A stretch of 64,000 nucleotides of DNA from assembly GCA_965204725.1 (NCBI GenBank), contig OZ242005.1, positions 3,392,001 through 3,456,000 on the forward strand. The letters are read 5' to 3'. Positions within the stretch are counted from its first letter, which is position 1; each line of letters opens with the position of its first letter. This DNA is from Candidatus Latescibacterota bacterium (lineage in GTDB: Bacteria > Latescibacterota > UBA2968 > UBA8231). Both the position numbers and the translations under genes were made by a program. The notes beneath the pieces were generated by a model. That model saw only the letters and a program-made list of their open reading frames with translations, did no database searches and had not been told where the DNA came from. Of the stretch, positions 58,669 to 64,000 are shown piece by piece.

Positions 58669-58704
58669 TGAGCTACCAGTCTCGATAAGGAGACTGGTAG
58701 CTCA
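58669..58704 (-). terminator. Perfect 15-bp stem-loop between precursor and CPBP genes (stabiliser/attenuator, no U-tract on the coding strand)
   Basis: TGAGCTACCAGTCTC-gataag-GAGACTGGTAGCTCA. Confidence 0.65.
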
Positions 58705-58706
58705 TC

Positions 58707-58738
58707 CATTCACCATGTAGAGGTTGTGGGTTTCATCT
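58707..58738. repeat. Arm of the inverted repeat on the 3' side of the precursor gene
   Basis: cattcaccatgtagaggttgtgggtttcatct; 26/32 identical to the reverse complement of 59079-59110. Confidence 0.85.
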
Positions 58739-58781
58739 AGGTTGGCTTCTTACTGATTTTGTTTGTTGTTTTTCAGGCTTC

Positions 58782-59054
58782 TTACGGATTGCGGGCGTAT
58801 GATGCTTCTCGGTCTTGCCTTGAAGACTCTAGGGTACCGTAGAGGGCCATCGCAGCAGCTGTGAGGGCGACGTCAGCCGCTAAAGCAATTCCTATTATTG
58901 CCCAAGGAATAGCTCCCCCTTTGATATCTCGAGCTTCAGAAGACGTAATAGGTTTTGAAACGATCTCACTGTTGCTCGGTGCGATACTATAGGCGCACAA
59001 ACCCAAGGCTGTCGCCAGAGCTGTTACACCTTTAGTTTTGATAAGTTTAGTCAT
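58782..59054 (-). CDS. Double-glycine (GG) leader precursor peptide, bacteriocin/RiPP-like
   Basis: ITSSEARDIKGG|AIPWAIIGIALAADVALTAAAMALYG...; strong GAAAGGAG RBS; adjacent C39 peptidase. Confidence 0.8.
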   Translation of the reverse strand: MTKLIKTKGVTALATALGLCAYSIAPSNSEIVSKPITSSEARDIKGGAIPWAIIGIALAADVALTAAAMALYGTLESSRQDREASYARNP

Positions 59055-59078
59055 GATGTTCTCCTTTCTTTAGGAAGA

Positions 59079-59110
59079 AGATGACAACCCTTACCTCCAC
59101 ATGGTGAATG
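59079..59110. repeat. Arm of the inverted repeat on the 5' side of the precursor gene
   Basis: agatgacaacccttacctccacatggtgaatg; reverse complement cattcaccatgtggaggtaagggttgtcatct. Confidence 0.85.
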
Positions 59111-59112
59111 TT

Positions 59113-59658
59113 TTATTTTTTTGTCAATATCAAAATCTCTCCTTTCCATATACGATTGAATGCCCCTTTTCCAATTCTGAGCCTGCCAATGGCTGGATCT
59201 CTCAAGATGACCTCACCATGTTCATCGATTCGGTCTAACACCGCAAAGTGATCATCCTCAATAAAGACCACTGCCGGAAGCGGTTTGCTTTCTAGGTCAT
59301 CTATATTTAGTCTCCAAGCTTCAGCATGTACTCCTTGACTTTCGGCGTATTTCATCAGGTCGAATAAGGAAGAACCTGTCTCGTCCAGTCTAATCATGTC
59401 TTCAATATCTGTAAGATCTTGGTCTATACCTAGGCTATCCAAAACCATTTTAAGAGCTACAGGACCACAATTCATTTTACGTGTCTGTAGAATGACTCCT
59501 TCTGTCCCTTCGTATTCCGCACCTTTCAACCATGCCGCCAAGTTACGGTATATGGTTTCACTCGTAATGGATACGGCGACTAATTGCAAGCTAGAAGCAA
59601 AAAAGATGACTAATACTATTGCCGCTCCAATCGTTAATTTACTTTTCCAAAGCGTCAT
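59113..59658 (-). CDS. Stand-alone C39 cysteine peptidase with N-terminal membrane anchor
   Basis: QTRKMNCGPVAL, GSSLFDL, HFAVL, DPAIG; no ABC domains. Confidence 0.9.
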   Translation of the reverse strand: MTLWKSKLTIGAAIVLVIFFASSLQLVAVSITSETIYRNLAAWLKGAEYEGTEGVILQTRKMNCGPVALKMVLDSLGIDQDLTDIEDMIRLDETGSSLFDLMKYAESQGVHAEAWRLNIDDLESKPLPAVVFIEDDHFAVLDRIDEHGEVILRDPAIGRLRIGKGAFNRIWKGEILILTKK

Positions 59659-59676
59659 ACTTGATATAAATTATTA

Positions 59677-62226
59677 CTATCCTTTTGCGAAGGTATCGTC
59701 TGTGATATTACACTGTAGTGCTGGTTCCTGAACAGTCTTTATCTTTTCTTCGACTCGATTAGCATAGTCATACATATCTATTCCGACGAAAATTTTTGAT
59801 GCCATCATCCACAAAGCAATAGCTTTTGCTTTTGACTCTTTTTGGGCAGCCACATCTCCCATACCTGTATAGGCAAGTCCTTGTCCTAGTTCGTCACCTA
59901 TCCTTTTGCATATAGACAGAGCTCTACCATAACAAGCTTCAGCTTCACTCCATTGTCCTCTAAGCTGATGTATCTCGCCCAGACTAGCAAGTCCGTAGGC
60001 GGATCCCTTTTCGTCATCCTCAGCTTCGTATATCCCCAGTGCAGTCCTCTGCTCTTGGTACGCGTCTTCATATTGTCCGCATTGGATATATACGAGACTT
60101 AAAGTAGTTCGGGCTGTAGCAATAGCTTGCTGATTAGGCGAGTCTGGAGTAAGGCGTAGGTAATCGCATAAGAATTCCTTGGCTTTATCAAATTTTTTAC
60201 TATGAGCATACAATTTTCCGAGAGATAAATAGCACTCATTCACATCGGATGACATACCTATACGTTCAAATAGACCTATCGAGTGATGCAGGTAGGATTC
60301 TGCCAGAGGGAAATCTCCGCGATAGAAATGTACATTCGCTAGTATTTTATATGAGTACGCTTTTCCCTTTTCATCCGCCAAGCTTTGGTTAGCCTCTAAG
60401 GCAGCTTTGCCGTACTCTAGTGCTTTTTCCATATTTCCCATTAGAAGGTGTATCGAAGAAAATAATCCATAATGTAATGCCAATCCCTCTTTTCTATTCG
60501 CCTTTTTGTCTATATCAATAGCCTGTTCCAGTAGAGTATGTGCTTCGTAAATACGGCCTTGGATTTTTCTCAAATTTGCAAGCGAATTGTACTGGTTAGC
60601 AATCCCCTCGGAGTCTCCGATTTCTTTGTAAATAGCTAAAGATTCCTCGTAAAGTTTCTCTGCTGAATTCAAGTCGTCTTTTAGAAGATGCACAGTACCC
60701 AAGTTGCTAGTAACTAAGGCATAATCTTCTCGACAACTTATTTTTTTGTGAAGACTCTGTGCTTTTATATAAAAATCCTCAGCTTCGGCGAGATTTCCTT
60801 GTAGCTGCGTGATAAATCCTTTGCAGGTATATCCTACAGCTAGCTTCCTCTTACTTTTATCATCCCCAGTTTGTGAAAAAATTGATATGGCCTCATCATA
60901 GCATTGACTCGCCTTATCTAATTCGCCTTTCAGCTCGCAAACCTTACCTTGGGAGATCAGTATGTTAGCCAATCCTGTAGTTGTTCCACCCCGAAGCCGA
61001 TTAACTTCTTTGGCCAATTCGATTTGAGATAAGGCAGATTCTAGACGACCGTTCTGCCAGTGCTCGTCAGCAGAGGCTAAAATAATTTCCCATTCTTCAG
61101 GATCACCTTGCTGATCAACCCGTTTGGCTACCTCGCTTTCAGTAGGGCTAAATTTGCAATGAGTAGGAAGCTCGGTCTCTAGGTTGAGCTGTGGGAGCAC
61201 ATCCAAGACCTCTTGATACTCTTTCCTGTCTGTTGCAGAGATCGTTCGATAGATATGGTCAAATTCAATCAGACTGTCTATAACTGACTCCTCTGGAAGA
61301 AAAGGATTAGGCCACAGATGCGCCCACCAGAAGTGGATCAGACGCACCAAGGGATCGCTATGTTTGCAGGCTATGTACTCAACCGCGGCGTATCGCTTCA
61401 CGCTTTCTGCTTTTGCCTTCTCAGGATCGGAGAAATTATGAGGATGGTACAGGTGATAAGAAGAGGCTTGGACACTGATAAATTGTCCACCTGTCGCCCC
61501 TAGGCGGTAGCCAAGTTCCCACCCTTCACAGAAAGGTATGGCATCATCGAATCCCCCTACTTTTTCTAGCAGCTTTAACGGTATGGCCATATTGTGAGGG
61601 TATAACCCAATCCAGCCTAGGGCCGGTTCTGCGACAGTTTCGTAAAGATCGTGAAATTCTCTCTGTATAGTACGGACTTCTTCAAACGGATAGCCTCCTT
61701 CCACTGCTTTTTCGATAATACTATCGAACTCATTGCACACCATACTCTCTGTGACAATCATCTTATCTCGATGTAGAGCCAAGAACCGGCGCAGTGAATA
61801 AGGCAGTGAGGTATCGAAAGGTGAACCTGTCTGAGGATCTTGGAAATACTCTAGGTCGGGAAGGACATATTGACAGCCACATAATACTGATTTCTGACCA
61901 TTCTCTTTATAGGCTTCTAAGTAGCACTGGAGTAGTTCCGGGGCTGGTAGTGCATCTCCATCTAGGAAAACGACTAATGAACCGCATGCTCGCTCAACCC
62001 CTCTATTTCGTGCTCGACACCGGCCCTGATTCGTTTCAAAATATTCAACTTTGAGATTGTGCATCTTCAGTGATTCTAGCATTGCTCCAGTGCCGTCGGT
62101 AGAACCGTCGTCAACCACTATTACTTCAAAACGATCACTTGGAATATTCTGATTTTCTAAGCCACTTAACACGAGACGGAGGCGTTCTTTCTGGTTATAC
62201 GTGGCTACGATTACACTTGTATCCAT
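59677..62226 (-). CDS. GT2 glycosyltransferase with long C-terminal TPR array
   Basis: SVIVATYN, VVDDGSTD, ARNRG, FLDGD, VGGFD, HLYH; about 10 TPRs; TAATG coupling to the upstream gene. Confidence 0.9.
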   Translation of the reverse strand: MDTSVIVATYNQKERLRLVLSGLENQNIPSDRFEVIVVDDGSTDGTGAMLESLKMHNLKVEYFETNQGRCRARNRGVERACGSLVVFLDGDALPAPELLQCYLEAYKENGQKSVLCGCQYVLPDLEYFQDPQTGSPFDTSLPYSLRRFLALHRDKMIVTESMVCNEFDSIIEKAVEGGYPFEEVRTIQREFHDLYETVAEPALGWIGLYPHNMAIPLKLLEKVGGFDDAIPFCEGWELGYRLGATGGQFISVQASSYHLYHPHNFSDPEKAKAESVKRYAAVEYIACKHSDPLVRLIHFWWAHLWPNPFLPEESVIDSLIEFDHIYRTISATDRKEYQEVLDVLPQLNLETELPTHCKFSPTESEVAKRVDQQGDPEEWEIILASADEHWQNGRLESALSQIELAKEVNRLRGGTTTGLANILISQGKVCELKGELDKASQCYDEAISIFSQTGDDKSKRKLAVGYTCKGFITQLQGNLAEAEDFYIKAQSLHKKISCREDYALVTSNLGTVHLLKDDLNSAEKLYEESLAIYKEIGDSEGIANQYNSLANLRKIQGRIYEAHTLLEQAIDIDKKANRKEGLALHYGLFSSIHLLMGNMEKALEYGKAALEANQSLADEKGKAYSYKILANVHFYRGDFPLAESYLHHSIGLFERIGMSSDVNECYLSLGKLYAHSKKFDKAKEFLCDYLRLTPDSPNQQAIATARTTLSLVYIQCGQYEDAYQEQRTALGIYEAEDDEKGSAYGLASLGEIHQLRGQWSEAEACYGRALSICKRIGDELGQGLAYTGMGDVAAQKESKAKAIALWMMASKIFVGIDMYDYANRVEEKIKTVQEPALQCNITDDTFAKG

Positions 62227-63998
62227 TATATACACTCCACCCTCAGATGATATTGGCATTTCAGATTTGGTATATAGTTCCACCCATCTTTACCTTCTAT
62301 TAGGCAGGAGGGCAGTGTCTTAGCAGAATTGGAAAACATTAGTCGTTGGTTATCTAAGTGGCCAAAATAGTAAGAATCAAAAGATCGAGTATTTCGTTTT
62401 ATGTATGTTTTTAATTTAAGATCTTCGACATTGTATTCGTTTATAGAAACTTCGCCGATAGCCATACTGAGAAATTCAACGGGTATCCAGCCTGATTCTT
62501 CTAGATAAATTTCGGCCCACGTGTGGCCTACCATAGGCTCGTCTATACTTCTGTATTCGTACACCTGTCCAGAAATTGGAAATCCCAACAAGGTTCCACA
62601 TCTCTCTCTAGCAGGAATACCGACCATTCTACACAGAGCTATAAAGGTTCTCGCAAAGTGAATACAATTGCCACCGATGTTATTCAGCAAAATAGCCGAA
62701 CTATCGGCCAGACCCACCGCAGGTATCTTAGTCTTCCTGAATTTTTTAGTTCTGATTAGTTTGCTGTAGAAGGCCCAAGCCAGTTCTTTTTTATCGCAAG
62801 GCGCGGATGCTTCGAGTATCTCGGAGAGCACTTGCTCCAGTTCTGGCAGTTTGTCTAAGACCTCGTCGGTATATAAATACTTCGACCTCTCCCAGTCCGA
62901 GAGGGTGTGTTCGCCTCTACCTTCAGCATTATACTCGCTGACTTCAAGTTCGCAAGTATATGAAAAATTTGCCGAATTTGATTTTACAGTGAAGGGATAT
63001 GCATAGAAGAATCCAAACTTGCTGCGTAAACAGTATTTCATATTCTCTGGGAAACAGTCGATTAGACTAACGGCCTTTTGGTCTTCTGTCTCCAAAGGAT
63101 ATGGTATAAAAGCTCTTAACTGGTGATCCGGTTTTTCAGTGAGATGTATGTCGTAGGAGTAGGTCATTTTATAACGCTGGGTATGAGATTTTGAACGTAT
63201 GTTACCTGTTTCATCTATATCGAAAAAGACACGTCGTCTTTGATCGCAGGCCTTGTATTCAGCCTCAAAAAATCGAGCCTCTCTTTCGTATAGCCAGTTC
63301 CAAGAGTCTATTCTATCGAAGAAATACTGATTGCCCTGTCGCCAGTGAGGTATCCCTTTTTTAATACCTTGCCTTAGCATTTCACGCAGCGATTCAATTG
63401 ATAGGGTGGAAGGAGTAGTACCGTCGAGTTGCTGTAAGAATTCATTTTCACCTACCAGAAATTTAGGATCGTAACGGAGTGCCGTATAACGGTTTAAAAA
63501 ATAATCATCCACCCAGTCTGCTACTACGTCTTTTTCACACCATCGCTTCAATAAATTGGCAATAGAATCCAACTGAATCTCCATTTTATCCCAGACATCT
63601 AGAGTTCTCCCTAGTATTTGTGTAATATTGTGATAATTAAATCTATCCGGATCTATTTTCAGACCTAAACTAACCGCTTCGAGTCTATCGAGATGGAGAT
63701 CCTGATCTAAAGTGGTTGCTATACCGATAGGCAAAACTCCATGAAGTAAAGCACTATATAGGGTCTCTATATCTAAATCTCCAATTATTATATGTATTCT
63801 TTCCCATGGCGGATCTCTATAGATTTCATCGACAAACTCTATGTGGCTTTCAGGTCGCTTTACTCCTCGGGTAGATTCTACTAGTAAGCGATAAGGGATC
63901 TCCATCCCGGATGTATTCTGTCTCAGTATATCTTCTTTTAGAAGATTTCTGGGATCTTTTATATAGACGACAGGAAATGACTTATCCTGTTTGCGAAG
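62226..63998 (-). CDS. Multidomain transglutaminase-like protein; 5'-truncated by window edge
   Basis: GNCIHFARTFIALCRMVGIPAR, GHTWAEIY...GWIPVE, YYFGHLD; frame stays open from 63905 to the window end. Confidence 0.85.
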   Translation of the reverse strand, partial: LRKQDKSFPVVYIKDPRNLLKEDILRQNTSGMEIPYRLLVESTRGVKRPESHIEFVDEIYRDPPWERIHIIIGDLDIETLYSALLHGVLPIGIATTLDQDLHLDRLEAVSLGLKIDPDRFNYHNITQILGRTLDVWDKMEIQLDSIANLLKRWCEKDVVADWVDDYFLNRYTALRYDPKFLVGENEFLQQLDGTTPSTLSIESLREMLRQGIKKGIPHWRQGNQYFFDRIDSWNWLYEREARFFEAEYKACDQRRRVFFDIDETGNIRSKSHTQRYKMTYSYDIHLTEKPDHQLRAFIPYPLETEDQKAVSLIDCFPENMKYCLRSKFGFFYAYPFTVKSNSANFSYTCELEVSEYNAEGRGEHTLSDWERSKYLYTDEVLDKLPELEQVLSEILEASAPCDKKELAWAFYSKLIRTKKFRKTKIPAVGLADSSAILLNNIGGNCIHFARTFIALCRMVGIPARERCGTLLGFPISGQVYEYRSIDEPMVGHTWAEIYLEESGWIPVEFLSMAIGEVSINEYNVEDLKLKTYIKRNTRSFDSYYFGHLDNQRLMFSNSAKTLPSCLIEGKDGWNYIPNLKCQYHLRVECI

Positions 63999-64000
63999 CA

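Noticed and set aside
58629-58709. Longer start for the CPBP gene (MDELPVSL...)
   Set aside because: It runs through the 15-bp hairpin and begins in the repeat arm; 58628 has a plausible RBS
59677-64000. Island as an LPS/capsule glycosylation locus
   Set aside because: No nucleotide-sugar synthesis, flippase or polymerase genes are visible; C39 plus GG peptide points to peptide maturation, though sequence beyond the window is unseen

Overview
Window from a GC-rich bacterium (about 60% GC by eye). The many secreted proteins with a C-terminal FlgD-Ig-like domain, a DUF6785-like membrane protein, a CRTAC1/ASPIC-UnbV protein and several enolase-superfamily genes suggest a Latescibacterota/Poribacteria-like organism; this is inference. 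The backbone holds housekeeping and catabolic genes (mutY, rsmD, hisA, gltX, DEAD-box helicase, SDRs, DmpA-type peptidases, three mandelate-racemase-like genes), interrupted by small AT-richer inserts of toxin-antitoxin or defence-type genes, several with one partner truncated. The best candidate for an undescribed system is the AT-rich minus-strand island at about 57000-64000, which runs off the window end. It encodes a transglutaminase-like multidomain protein, a GT2-TPR glycosyltransferase, a membrane-anchored stand-alone C39 peptidase, a 90-aa double-glycine precursor with an extra signal-peptide-like N-terminus, a CPBP protease and a Yip1 protein. The precursor gene is bracketed by a 32-nt imperfect inverted repeat and followed by a 15-bp hairpin. 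Two neighbouring secreted metalloprotease genes (7003 and 10637) share their ends and non-coding flanks but have unrelated middles. No rRNA, tRNA, CRISPR array, integrase or transposase was recognised. All family assignments come from motif recognition by eye, not database searches.
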